Of a DNA stretch of 64,000 nucleotides, positions 50,801 through 59,282 are shown one piece after another; the first letter of the stretch is position 1, and each line of letters opens with the position of its first letter. Under the pieces are notes generated by a model. It ran no database searches. It saw only the letters and a list, made by a program, of their open reading frames with translations, and was not told where the DNA came from. The position numbers were made by a program, and so were the translations under genes. Origin of the DNA: Cytophagales bacterium (GTDB lineage Bacteria > Bacteroidota > Bacteroidia > Cytophagales > JAHDFW01); contig JAHDFW010000003.1 of the NCBI GenBank assembly GCA_020627945.1, positions 7,599 to 71,598 of the forward strand, read 5' to 3'.

Positions 50801-52359
50801 TCAGACCTGTGGTAAATACGTTCCCTTACTTAGAGGAGTTTGAACAAAGTAATGGAGGTTGGTTTTCTTTTGGAAGTATCGCGGGAGTTGAAGATTCAAC
50901 AAGCTGGGAAAGAGCAATAGCTGCCGGAAACTACATTAATGATTCTGCGACTGGAAATTACTCGTACGTAACTGAAGCCGCTGGTAACTACGCATTAGAT
51001 GAACAATCTTACGTAGATGGTCCATGTTTCGACTTCTCATCACTAGAACGTCCGATGATAGCGTTTAGAAAAAATGCACATTTAAATGTTGGACAGGATG
51101 GTGTAAACTTCCAATACTCGATTGATAATGGCAGTACTTGGCACAATGTAGGGAGCTTCGATGGAGATGAAAGCTCTGGAATCAACTGGTTCGATGACAT
51201 TGCTATTGCGGCAGACCCAGGAGGATCGGATCAAGGATGGTCTACTAACATCGATTCAGGATGGGTTGAATCTCGTCATGACCTTGACACATTAATTGGA
51301 AGATCCGCAGTTAAATTACGTTTCACATTTGGATCTACCCCTACTACATTCCCTAAAGAAGGATTTGCTTTCGATAGTATTTGGATTGGGGAAAGATCTC
51401 GACTAGTTTTATTTGAACATTTTACTAGTACTGCAGATCAAAATTCTGCCGGGGTTGATGATTATGTAGATAATCTAGTGGCTAATAACCCTGGAGATGT
51501 TGTTGACATTCAGTATCACACAGCTTTTGATGGGCTAGATGACATGAACCTACGTAATCAAGCAGATCCAAGTGCAAGAAGTCTTTACTATGGAGTATTC
51601 TCTAATGGACGAGGAATTCTTGATGGTAATGTATTCTACGATAGATCCACACAATTATCAGAACGCGATATCAAATTGAGAATGCTTGAAAGCGCTGATT
51701 TCGAAATTAACATAACAGCCGATATCAATTCAGGAGCAAGTATCAATGTACATCCTGAAATCACTTCTGTTAACGATATTGAAGAAAGAGAAATTACTAC
51801 TCATATCGTAATTGTAGAGAAAGACGTATCTCAAAATACACAGACTATTAATGGAGATCAAAACTTCAAAAGTGTAATGAGACAAATGTTACCTGATGCT
51901 ACTGGAAACAAGCTCTTGAAGCCTTGGACTGCAGGTGAAACGACGTCATTCACACAAGGATGGGCATTCGGAAATAACGTTGATGATCAAAGTCAACTTA
52001 GAGTTGTTGTATATGTTCAGGATGTTGCAACAAAAGAAGTATTGCAAACTGCCTACATTGATACCATTGGAATTTCCGATAATATAGCTGAGGATTTGAA
52101 TGATTATAAATTTGGATTTGTTGTATATCCAAACCCTGCTAATGGAAGAGCAAGTGTGTTGTTAAGTCAGCCTGCTAGAGTGGATATGAATATGATTATT
52201 TATGATCAATTTGGTAAGGCTGTAAAATCCAAACAATTATATAAAGGGGTAAATAAATTTGGCTTCGAAACGCATGATTTAGCAAATGGAATGTATTATG
52301 TACAGATCATTGAAGAAAATCAAATAGTTGCCGTTAAGAAATTTAATGTTCAGCATTAA
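44875..52359 (+). CDS. Giant (~2490 aa) secreted multidomain protein with Ig/PKD-like repeats, Omp28-like region and T9SS sorting domain
   Basis: Signal peptide VTMALAAFQFTQAQ; many ~80-90 aa 'YCEDDxxxxL.G.PxGGxFxGxG...TYTYTDxxGC' repeats; PKD-like VAWNWNFGDGNISNLQNPTHQYDS; C-terminal FVVYPNPANGRASVLLSQP...GMYYVQII. Confidence 0.9.
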   Translation: MSVMGIFRKIVTGVTMALAAFQFTQAQTYATLPYQDDFESGLGTEWTTTVPASANVITTGMGTPYEGLNHLLIDDGTAGGTNTKIAALHVNLSNGSEYTLSFFMKDFGDEDDLVDGIYFSDSASKAAIKVHSFTPSTITDNVWQEVVIDIDELAAANGLNLTDSFRIEFHESDDREWNNSTPGDPDGFAFDLMEIYPTPTMTSGSISGTDTICFDSTGTSTITLTEASPSLYGEGNIVYEWQSTSNLFTWDSVTTSSGTDTTWPAPLVTTLYRRCAITDQGQGPACSTPILITVTPEENAQILGLAASYANTDGAQTIFGSPIIGLFTGTGILDNADGTATLDVSSGGLGNRTITYTYTDPFGCPYTKDSVTNIILGNSVIYKPAPYTMDFESFPGWTGATEWRRDNTNPRVEVNADATPYEGAACLIMDDDNTGSTTEFTRSATLHVDLSLFSDYTLEFYMKDFQDEDHPEDGVFISTKTSGGFQKIFDFAPTTRADGAWAKYSIDLDVAAATVGTTLDDSVQIMFQEKDQFRFDESTTDGIALDSIVIFTSLPLTAGSINGSDTLCFATTDTGSVVITNSASPTNGEPPYSYTWESSQDLLSWSNVGSSSTPDTTIDAPSASTYYRRCVSTSSEGPICTSPIFIRVEQEPTVFLNIVDTALCENEPSALITGIPTSPDGTFNSYTGLTDNNNGTASLDPVVSGTGSFQTIYSYTNYFGCTASDTITMEVLGTPTVSFSGLSATSATTDPPQTLTGSPPGGVFEGLGVSGNAFYPAIAPTDTSFNITYTYSDANGCTNTSSPQTVVVTTGSSGAISSSLLNSYCADFPNEVEFKGTAPPGWSAVGFTLRSNGVASTNGFTPNGLDSAVFEPNLADLGTTIEIVFKYSQTYDCNPFPCNPYSCNPYICNPYQCNPYPCITGFTPIGLPIFGTCYSTCWNLCFKTCYNTCYNTCTRYDSTVVTTTVYDLPNVNFTNLSGQYCKNDAPFALEGNFSNTGFASSVPSALTGSTFDPGDLSIGSSVDLSYTFTDGNSCTNSDTVTVTIDSVPVVNFSGMTAVDSTCPNKAKNVFIGNIPSSGAFNTTTGLVNTTPGQAEFDPSTPSLPATTNIEYYYIDGNGCRGSITKQMKLHPLPVIQFFGLNPQRSYCVDATSVLLSGSESPQGTFFGEGIGVVDLGNGTANFIPSSYQADSSYTISYEYTDGNTCTDTASSTVYIRPLPTVEILGLPDYVCESDAPLSLNATPASGQVTTFSGPGVSGTTFTPANANVGTIDTIQYDYTEFGIIGVTACSNTAIDTIEIKALPVVTISSLDTAYCTDEPADTIFGTPANGTFSGASIIDFLDGSATISPIPLTERNTYEIIYKYSDGFGCTNWDTGYTYIDTLPVVSFTGLVNNVLTNSNYYCEDHAISNLVGSPAGAAGVFTSGSLGLIDDGGGNARFDPTLPVTNVWDTIRYRFTDGQTCTSFQDQLVYVQSLPVVDMLGLDSAYCSSDGPDPLSGVPGGGVFTGPGIVFNTFDPDPSIVGIDTIVYTFTDAQGCVNDTFDVTIVNALPAIQIDSLMAEYCEDDEVDTIYSNKIGETTGQFTPPSLISDQGDGTAIFDPSIIAQDSITITFTYTDTNSCVNSVDQDVVINRLPTVFFNGITDGQVLCADQSLPVLLIGNQAPLGEFLGDSLIEGIIDSTNGKAILRPDLGLEDTLLDITYAYMDAKGCVDTSTLQIMYRSLPVISYSGLDTVYCYDDAFSPLVVTSNQLGTTLFEGEGVAALTYNPALVETKNLLDPITRSYYDTVTLTFTNSDGCYTIDTQYTRVLDLPTASFGISGYCNNDTIYFSDSSTVSIYDSIVAWEWNYDNGDPVNDFIQNGQEWYENPGEYRIELTVYTHEGCTHTGIVDTVIGAPPIVDFAWDNICFGDTIQFSDSSMDVSVDTMVAWNWNFGDGNISNLQNPTHQYDSLLSYPVTLVVTTNHNCVDSLTRILDIRPVVNTFPYLEEFEQSNGGWFSFGSIAGVEDSTSWERAIAAGNYINDSATGNYSYVTEAAGNYALDEQSYVDGPCFDFSSLERPMIAFRKNAHLNVGQDGVNFQYSIDNGSTWHNVGSFDGDESSGINWFDDIAIAADPGGSDQGWSTNIDSGWVESRHDLDTLIGRSAVKLRFTFGSTPTTFPKEGFAFDSIWIGERSRLVLFEHFTSTADQNSAGVDDYVDNLVANNPGDVVDIQYHTAFDGLDDMNLRNQADPSARSLYYGVFSNGRGILDGNVFYDRSTQLSERDIKLRMLESADFEINITADINSGASINVHPEITSVNDIEEREITTHIVIVEKDVSQNTQTINGDQNFKSVMRQMLPDATGNKLLKPWTAGETTSFTQGWAFGNNVDDQSQLRVVVYVQDVATKEVLQTAYIDTIGISDNIAEDLNDYKFGFVVYPNPANGRASVLLSQPARVDMNMIIYDQFGKAVKSKQLYKGVNKFGFETHDLANGMYYVQIIEENQIVAVKKFNVQH
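47551..47625 (+). repeat. Five in-frame 15-bp units encoding CNPxx pentapeptides
   Basis: tgtaatccattcccg / tgtaacccttatagc / tgtaacccttatata / tgtaatccataccaa / tgtaatccatacect-type unit (tgtaatccatacect read as tgtaatccatacCCT), encoding CNPFP-CNPYS-CNPYI-CNPYQ-CNPYP. Confidence 0.9.
47668..47733 (+). repeat. In-frame 12-bp-period Cys repeat (CYST-CWNL-CFKT-CYNT-CYNT-C)
   Basis: tgctacagtact tgttggaatttg tgtttcaaaact tgctataacact tgctataacacc tgt. Confidence 0.9.
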
Positions 52360-52402
52360 TAAAAACTTACGGCTATAGAAGAAGACCTAAGCAAGACATA
52401 TT

Positions 52403-55400
52403 ATGATACGAAACAAGTTACTAATAGTAACGTTGTTGGTGACACTTTTCAGCGTTATAACACGTGGTCAAACTCACGTTTCTATCCCATACTTTGAAGG
52501 TTGGGAAGGAAGTACTTTTCCAGCTTGGACCATAACTTCCTCAGATCCAGGTGAGGCACTTTTAGGATTAACTACAACTGGTGGTCCAAACAGTGGAAAT
52601 GTACACCTTGTGATGTCTGTTAATAACGATAATAACATCAATACAAATGAGGCTTGGATGCACTTGGATTTAACTGGTGATACTGCGGTAAATCTTGAGT
52701 TTTGGTGGAAAGATATAGGTGACGACGACAACGCAACAGATGGTATCTATTTCTCAGATAATGCCGGAGCAAGCTTTCAAAAAGTTTATGATTTAGTGCC
52801 CGAATCCTTTTCTGACGATGTATACAGACAAGTTGTTTTGAACTTAGACTCCTTAGCAGCAGATGCAGGACTTACATTAAACGATCAATTTGTAGTTAAG
52901 TTCCAACAAACAGATGATGATAACTTAACGGGAGGAAGTAGTGACGGTTTCTATTTCGATGATATTTTTACGTATCGAAGATCAGGGTCACTTTCACCAG
53001 GTGGTATTATGGTTTCCGCTGGTGACTCTATCTGTTCAGGTATTTCTACAAGTATTGTAATTGATGAACTTTTTCCAGTTACAGGAGGTGCAGGAACCGT
53101 TTATACGTATTTCTGGCAATCTTCAGAAGACTTACTTAATTGGTCAAATTTTGGAGGAACATCTCCAAACCCAGATACTACCTTTAACGCTTCTCTTACA
53201 ACCACTACATATTATAGAAGGGGCATAACAACAGATGCTGGAGAAGGTCCGTCCTACAGTTCGCCTATTGCGATCCATGTTGATCAAGGGAGTCTAGTAA
53301 CGGTATTCACGGCCGACACTCAAATATGTGCTAATAATGTAGTCGACATTTTTGGTTTCCCGCAAGATGCGAATGGAACATTCACCGGCTCACCTGATAT
53401 AACGGATAACGGTGATGGTACTGCTACTTTTAGTCCAAGTGGGTCTGGAATGACCACCATATATTATACGTATACAAATGCATCAGGGTGTGATGCAACG
53501 GACTCCGTTATTTTCAATATAAGTAGTCTTCCTATTGTAAGTTTTACTGGGTTACCATCATCCACTTTCACAACTAGTTCGGCCAGCCAATTATCCGGGG
53601 TGCCAAGTGGAGGTGTTTTTCTTGGATCTGGTATTTCGGATACTGCTTTTTATCCCCAAATTGCTGGTGAAGGATCACATGATATCAGCTATACATATAC
53701 CGATCCGGTAACTGGATGTTCTGATACTACTGGCGACGAAACTATTAATGTTATTAATGGTCTAAGCGAAAGTATTGTAGGGCTTGCTACTTCTTATTGT
53801 ATAGATAATAATGATACTATTGCCTTGGTTGGAGTACCAAAATCTGGATGGGCAACGGTCGGCTTTGTAGCTTACCCAAACATGACACCAATAATTTCTC
53901 AATCTGGAAACAACGCCGAGTTTGTTCCGTCCCGAGCCAACGTTAATACACCATATGAAGTTTATTTCAAATTTTCGCAAGTACAGCCACAACTTTGTGG
54001 ATTGAGTCTTTGCCTAGTAACAGTATACGACAGTGTACTTGCAACCACTTTTGTGCATTCACTTCCTGTTCTTAATGTTCCAGGTTTAGCCTCAAAATAT
54101 TGCCAAAACGATGCCCCTATTAGCCTTGAAGGAATTTACTCGACTTCTACAAGTTTCATAGATACAACAACCACCGGATTCACCAACAATGATGCTGGTG
54201 CGTTTAGTGGAGTGGACAACAATATCCTTACTCCTGCAAACGCATCACCAGGTGTTCTTACAGTCACCTATTCAATTACCGATGCTAATTCTTGTTCAAA
54301 TAGTGTCCAGCGATTTGTTCAAATTGATACCGTGCCTGTTGTCCAACTCGTCGCACAAGATTCCACGTTATGTGGGGATGCACCATTTGATACACTTGTA
54401 GGTACACCAGCTCCATCTGCAGGGTTCACAGCGTTTTTTAACGGAGTATCATTATTTAATACTGGAGCACCTCTAAACAATACTGTTTATTTCAACCCAA
54501 ATAATGTAATTACCGACTCTATCTATCCAATAAGATATACGTTCATTGATGGAAACGGATGTCGAAATTCTGATACTGTAGATATTTTGGTAAACTCGCT
54601 ACCTATACCATCTTTTGTTGGACTCAACGATGACGTAATCTGCGGAGATGAAGCCGCAATAACCTTAACAGGTAATTTTGCAACAGGTGTTTTTAGTACG
54701 GGAAATTTAGCCGATGATAGTGCAAAAGGATTAATAGATAACGGTGATGGGACTGCATTATTAGATCCTTCATTCGCGTTGCAAGATTCAACCCATAGTT
54801 TGACCTTCTATTATTTTGACCCAGTTACGGGGTGCGATAATGATACAACTAAATTTGTTACATACAGTAGCTTGCCTATTCTAACTTTTGTGAATGGTTT
54901 AGATTCAATTTATTGTGTTGAAGATCCAAAAGTAAGCCTTAAAACCAGTACTAATCAAAATAATGGGAACACGTGGTTTAACGGTGTTGGTGCCTCAAAA
55001 ATAGATTTTACCACCGGTGAATTTGTCCCTAGTTCTGCAGATACTGGGCTGCATATTGTTGAATTCGAACAAATAAATAAAGATGGTTGCCAAGCTTTTG
55101 TCTATGATACAACTCTTGTAATTAGTATGCCCGAAGTAGGATTTACAGTGTCCGGTTTTTGTAATAATGACACGGTCCGTTTTACCGATACCACTTACAC
55201 CAATATTCATGACACCATTACTAGCTGGGTCTGGAATTATGGAAATGGAATTAGTGGAGATTCGGTTCAAAATGGTGCAACATGGTATATCAATGGTAAT
55301 AGATATGACATTACCTTAAGCGTAAATACCGTACAAGGATGTGCTAAATCATATACGCTTCAGGATACAATTGGGTCACCACCAATAATGGACTTTGTCT

Positions 55401-57184
55401 GGGATAATATTTGTTTTGGAGATACCATACAATTTGCTGATTCTTCATCTAAGGCCGAAAACGACACTACTTTAGATCCAATGGTTTCATGGCATTGGGA
55501 CTTTGGAGATGGGCAAACTTCAACGTTGAGAAACCCGCTACATACATATGCTATTCTAGGGTCTTACAATGTTCAACTAACTATTGCAACCAATAAAAAT
55601 TGTATTGACTCATTAACCAGAGTGCTAAATATTCGACCAGTGATAAGTTCTTATCCTTATTTCGAAGATTTTGAAAATGGAGACGGAAACTGGGTGCCTG
55701 GTATTGTACCCGAATCTTTCGCAGATACTTCTACTTGGATTATGGGGATTCAAGACGCTCCTTATTTTAGTGATGTTGCTACTGGTAACCACTCCTACTA
55801 TACTTCAGCGGACACTAATGTAGCTGGTGAACATTCGTACGTGGATGGTGTATGTTTTGATCTCAGTTCTCTGCAACGCCCCATGATTGTGTTTGATATA
55901 AAAACAAATATGAGTGCAGGTGTAGATGGAGCAAATCTTCAATATTCCATTGACAATGCTGTAACATGGCAAAACTTGGGTGAATTAGAAACAGGAATCA
56001 ATTGGTATGATCATGAAGCAATTGGTGGTCAACCTGGCGGCGAACTTAAAGGATGGTCTCTTGAATCAGATTCTTCATGGAGAGAAGCAAGGCATAGTCT
56101 TGATTCTGTAGCAGGTTTAACGGATGTTAAATTCAGGTTTGCTTTTAGTACCTCTCCTAACTCTGTATCTCTTGGAGAAGGTTTTGCCTTTGATAACATT
56201 TGGATCGGAGAAAGAACCAGAATGGTGCTCTATGAACACTTTACTAACTCATCAAGTTCTGCATCTACTTTAAGTGATGATGTAGTTGATAACGTTGTTA
56301 GTAATAATCCACTGGATGTTGTTGATGTGCAATATCACATTTCTAGTGCACTTGGTCCAGATCCTATGTATGAGGACAATTCAGCCGACGCAAGTGCGAG
56401 AAATTTATATTATGGGATACTTGAACCTTCCTTAGGAGTTATGGATGGTAATCAATATCAAGCGTTAAGTGCACAATGGAACGAAAAAATCATGACGAGA
56501 CGGTCATTGGCAGATGCTGAATTTGACATTGCTATTCTAGCCGATATCAATGGTGAGCAAAGCGTGAATGTTACCCCAACTATAACATCTCGTTTTGACC
56601 AACCCGAAAGGAACTTAACGGTACACATAATGGTGGTGGAAAAAGAAATTACTGAGCTTACAGGTCTTAATGGTGATAACAGCTTCAGAAGTGTAATGAA
56701 ACAAATGCTGCCTGATGCAACGGGAACCAAGTTTATCAAATCCTGGAATCAAGATGAATCAACTTCTTTTACTGAAGGATGGACTTATAATCAGTCGTTC
56801 TATGGTGATCAGTCGCAAATGAGAGTAATCGTATGCATTCAAGATAACGACACAAAAGAAATTCTTCAAACCAATTTTACTGAGAGCTTTGTTAACTCTA
56901 CAGGAGTTTCTTCCAATCTTGAAGACAAGTTAGTTTTTGGTTGGTTTCCTAACCCTGCACAACAAAACGCTACTTTGTTATTCGGAGAACCAGTAAAAAC
57001 CAATGACTTATTGGTAGAAGTCTATTCGTTACAAGGTCAAAGAGTTCATGTAGAGAATATCTTGAAAGGTGCTAACAAAATCCCAATTAACGTTGGCAAC
57101 TGGAGTAATGGTTTGTACGTGGTTCGTGTTCGAAATACTTCTGGTAACAACCTTGGCCAAAAACAAATTGTTGTGAGTCATTAA
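52403..57184 (+). CDS. Giant (~1590 aa) secreted protein, shorter paralog of the preceding gene, with T9SS sorting domain
   Basis: Same domain order as 44875..52359: N-terminal 'FxxWEG...MHLDLTGDTAVNLEFWWKDIGDDDNATDGIYFSD', repeats, MVSWHWDFGDGQTS PKD-like region, RMVLYEHFTNSSSS..., C-terminal FGWFPNPAQQNATLLFGEP...NGLYVVRVRN. Confidence 0.9.
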   Translation: MIRNKLLIVTLLVTLFSVITRGQTHVSIPYFEGWEGSTFPAWTITSSDPGEALLGLTTTGGPNSGNVHLVMSVNNDNNINTNEAWMHLDLTGDTAVNLEFWWKDIGDDDNATDGIYFSDNAGASFQKVYDLVPESFSDDVYRQVVLNLDSLAADAGLTLNDQFVVKFQQTDDDNLTGGSSDGFYFDDIFTYRRSGSLSPGGIMVSAGDSICSGISTSIVIDELFPVTGGAGTVYTYFWQSSEDLLNWSNFGGTSPNPDTTFNASLTTTTYYRRGITTDAGEGPSYSSPIAIHVDQGSLVTVFTADTQICANNVVDIFGFPQDANGTFTGSPDITDNGDGTATFSPSGSGMTTIYYTYTNASGCDATDSVIFNISSLPIVSFTGLPSSTFTTSSASQLSGVPSGGVFLGSGISDTAFYPQIAGEGSHDISYTYTDPVTGCSDTTGDETINVINGLSESIVGLATSYCIDNNDTIALVGVPKSGWATVGFVAYPNMTPIISQSGNNAEFVPSRANVNTPYEVYFKFSQVQPQLCGLSLCLVTVYDSVLATTFVHSLPVLNVPGLASKYCQNDAPISLEGIYSTSTSFIDTTTTGFTNNDAGAFSGVDNNILTPANASPGVLTVTYSITDANSCSNSVQRFVQIDTVPVVQLVAQDSTLCGDAPFDTLVGTPAPSAGFTAFFNGVSLFNTGAPLNNTVYFNPNNVITDSIYPIRYTFIDGNGCRNSDTVDILVNSLPIPSFVGLNDDVICGDEAAITLTGNFATGVFSTGNLADDSAKGLIDNGDGTALLDPSFALQDSTHSLTFYYFDPVTGCDNDTTKFVTYSSLPILTFVNGLDSIYCVEDPKVSLKTSTNQNNGNTWFNGVGASKIDFTTGEFVPSSADTGLHIVEFEQINKDGCQAFVYDTTLVISMPEVGFTVSGFCNNDTVRFTDTTYTNIHDTITSWVWNYGNGISGDSVQNGATWYINGNRYDITLSVNTVQGCAKSYTLQDTIGSPPIMDFVWDNICFGDTIQFADSSSKAENDTTLDPMVSWHWDFGDGQTSTLRNPLHTYAILGSYNVQLTIATNKNCIDSLTRVLNIRPVISSYPYFEDFENGDGNWVPGIVPESFADTSTWIMGIQDAPYFSDVATGNHSYYTSADTNVAGEHSYVDGVCFDLSSLQRPMIVFDIKTNMSAGVDGANLQYSIDNAVTWQNLGELETGINWYDHEAIGGQPGGELKGWSLESDSSWREARHSLDSVAGLTDVKFRFAFSTSPNSVSLGEGFAFDNIWIGERTRMVLYEHFTNSSSSASTLSDDVVDNVVSNNPLDVVDVQYHISSALGPDPMYEDNSADASARNLYYGILEPSLGVMDGNQYQALSAQWNEKIMTRRSLADAEFDIAILADINGEQSVNVTPTITSRFDQPERNLTVHIMVVEKEITELTGLNGDNSFRSVMKQMLPDATGTKFIKSWNQDESTSFTEGWTYNQSFYGDQSQMRVIVCIQDNDTKEILQTNFTESFVNSTGVSSNLEDKLVFGWFPNPAQQNATLLFGEPVKTNDLLVEVYSLQGQRVHVENILKGANKIPINVGNWSNGLYVVRVRNTSGNNLGQKQIVVSH

Positions 57185-57397
57185 TTAGAACTTTGTCCAA
57201 CACTGACTTCTTGTTTTGTTTTAATATTATTAAATAATATTAAACAAAGTGAACCTATTAGTTGATTTTAGGGTTTTATCCTGAAACAATCATACAAAGG
57301 TGTTTTGGCGTATTATATTTATTGTTATTTTTACAATAAGTGTCGCATTACAGTGTCCTTATTGGTGTGGATTGTTTTTTAAATGGAAATTAAACCT

Positions 57398-57405
57398 TAC
57401 TTTTG
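57398..57405 (+). promoter_or_regulatory. Possible -7 promoter element upstream of the oxidoreductase genes
   Basis: TACTTTTG matches TAnnTTTG, 34 nt before ATG 57439. The nearest TTG lies 23 nt upstream, which is a suboptimal spacing. Confidence 0.4.
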
Positions 57406-57438
57406 CACCCGAAAAAATCGGTCTAAACCGTTTAAATA

Positions 57439-59271
57439 ATGACAAACAGTACAAAAGAATTAGATAAAGTTGTAATCAAGTTCGTTGGAGATTCCGGAGA
57501 CGGGATGCAACTTACTGGTTCACAATTTACCGATACGTCTGCTTTATTTGGCAACGACCTTGCGACTTATCCTGACTACCCTGCAGAAATCAGAGCTCCT
57601 CAAGGAACTGTAGCTGGAGTATCTGGATTTCAAGTTCACATTGGGCATACCAGAATTCATAATCCAGGGGACAACCCAGATGTTCTGGTTTGTATGAATG
57701 CAGCCGCACTTCTGGCTAACCTTAGCTTAATAGAAGCCGGTAAAACAATTATCGTAGATACGGACAGTTTTAAACAGAGAGACTGCGAAAAAGCAGGTTG
57801 GGAAGGAAACCCTCTTGAAGATGGAACTTTAGATTCATACAACCTAGTTGAAGCGCCAATTACTTCTCTTACCAGAGAAGCCTTAAAAGAAACTGGAATG
57901 GAACGTAAACATGTGGAGCGTTCCAAAAACATGTTTGCTTTGGGAATGGTATATTTCATGTTCAACCGTCCTATGAAATATACGGAGTCGTTCCTTGAGC
58001 AAAAGTTTGCATCAAAACCGGATTTAATCAATGCTAATAAATTGGCTTTGAGAGCTGGATATAACTTTGCAATTACCATTGAGGCTATTTCCTCGACTTA
58101 CTCTGTAGCTCCAGCGAAAATGGAACCAGGTGTTTATAGAAACATCATGGGTAACGTCGCAACGGCATGGGGCTTCTTAGCTGCCTCAGAAAAATCTGGA
58201 AGAAAGTTATTTTTGGGTTCCTACCCTATTACACCTGCTTCTGATATTCTTCATGAATTAGCCAAGTACAAACATTTCGGGTGCAGAGCATTTCAAGCAG
58301 AAGATGAAATTGCCAGTGTATGTGCCGCTATTGGGGCAAGTTATGCTGGTAATCTAGCCATTACTACTACTTCTGGACCTGGGCTTGCACTTAAAGGCGA
58401 AGCTATTGGACTAGCAGTTTCAACAGAGTTGCCACTTGTAATTGTTAATGTTCAGCGTGGTGGACCTTCTACAGGTTTACCTACAAAAACCGAACAATCA
58501 GATTTATTACAGGCTCTTTACGGACGTAATGGAGAGAGCCCTGTTCCGGTAATTGCTCCTAGCACACCTAATAATTGCTTTGACTATGCGTTTCAGGCAT
58601 CTAAAATTGCCCTAGAACATATGACTCCTGTGCTTTTGTTATCTGATGGATATTTGGGTAATGGGGCTGGACCATGGAAAATTAAATCCACAGCGGAACT
58701 TGCAGATATTAACCCTCCTATTGTAGAAGAAGGAACGGAAAACTGGATGCCTTTCGAAAGAGATGAAAAAGGCGTACGTGGTTGGGCAGTTCCAGGAACA
58801 CCAGGACTTGAACACCGTGTGGGTGGATTGGAAAAACAAAATATCACTGGAAACGTTTCCTACGATCCAGAAAATCATGAACTGATGTGTCAGTTACGTG
58901 CAGATAAAATTGAAAAAATCGCTGACTTTATTCCAGAACAAACGATCCATGGTAATCAAAAAGGAAAACTACTGGTTGTAGGTTGGGGAGGAACGTATGG
59001 AAGTTTATTGGATGCAGTAGATTCGGTATTACTAGAAGGAGAAAGTATTGGTCTAGCACACTTCAATTACATCAATCCGTTACCAAAAAACACTAGAGAA
59101 ATATTCGAGCAATTCGAACATGTACTAGTTTGTGAATTGAACTTAGGGCAGTTCGTAAAATATCTTGGTGGAACATTCCAAGACCTTACGTTTGAGCAAT
59201 ACAACAAAGTGAAAGGTAAACCTTTCGGAGTTGGTGAACTAACTGAGGAATTTAGAAAGTACTTAAAATAA
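57439..59271 (+). CDS. korA: 2-oxoacid:ferredoxin oxidoreductase, fused gamma-alpha subunit (probably 2-oxoglutarate)
   Basis: Gamma-like VIKFVGDSGDGMQLTGSQFTDTSALFGNDLATYPDYPAEIRAPQGTVAGVSGFQVHIG; alpha-like NIMGNVATAWGFLAASEKSGRKLFLGSYPITPASDILHEL and TTTSGPGLALKGEAIGLA. Confidence 0.9.
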   Translation: MTNSTKELDKVVIKFVGDSGDGMQLTGSQFTDTSALFGNDLATYPDYPAEIRAPQGTVAGVSGFQVHIGHTRIHNPGDNPDVLVCMNAAALLANLSLIEAGKTIIVDTDSFKQRDCEKAGWEGNPLEDGTLDSYNLVEAPITSLTREALKETGMERKHVERSKNMFALGMVYFMFNRPMKYTESFLEQKFASKPDLINANKLALRAGYNFAITIEAISSTYSVAPAKMEPGVYRNIMGNVATAWGFLAASEKSGRKLFLGSYPITPASDILHELAKYKHFGCRAFQAEDEIASVCAAIGASYAGNLAITTTSGPGLALKGEAIGLAVSTELPLVIVNVQRGGPSTGLPTKTEQSDLLQALYGRNGESPVPVIAPSTPNNCFDYAFQASKIALEHMTPVLLLSDGYLGNGAGPWKIKSTAELADINPPIVEEGTENWMPFERDEKGVRGWAVPGTPGLEHRVGGLEKQNITGNVSYDPENHELMCQLRADKIEKIADFIPEQTIHGNQKGKLLVVGWGGTYGSLLDAVDSVLLEGESIGLAHFNYINPLPKNTREIFEQFEHVLVCELNLGQFVKYLGGTFQDLTFEQYNKVKGKPFGVGELTEEFRKYLK

Positions 59272-59282
59272 ATTGAACCATT

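Noticed and set aside
57657-58079. Minus-strand 140-aa ORF antisense to korA
   Set aside because: The longest antisense ORF, but it lies entirely within a highly conserved CDS and shows no motif.
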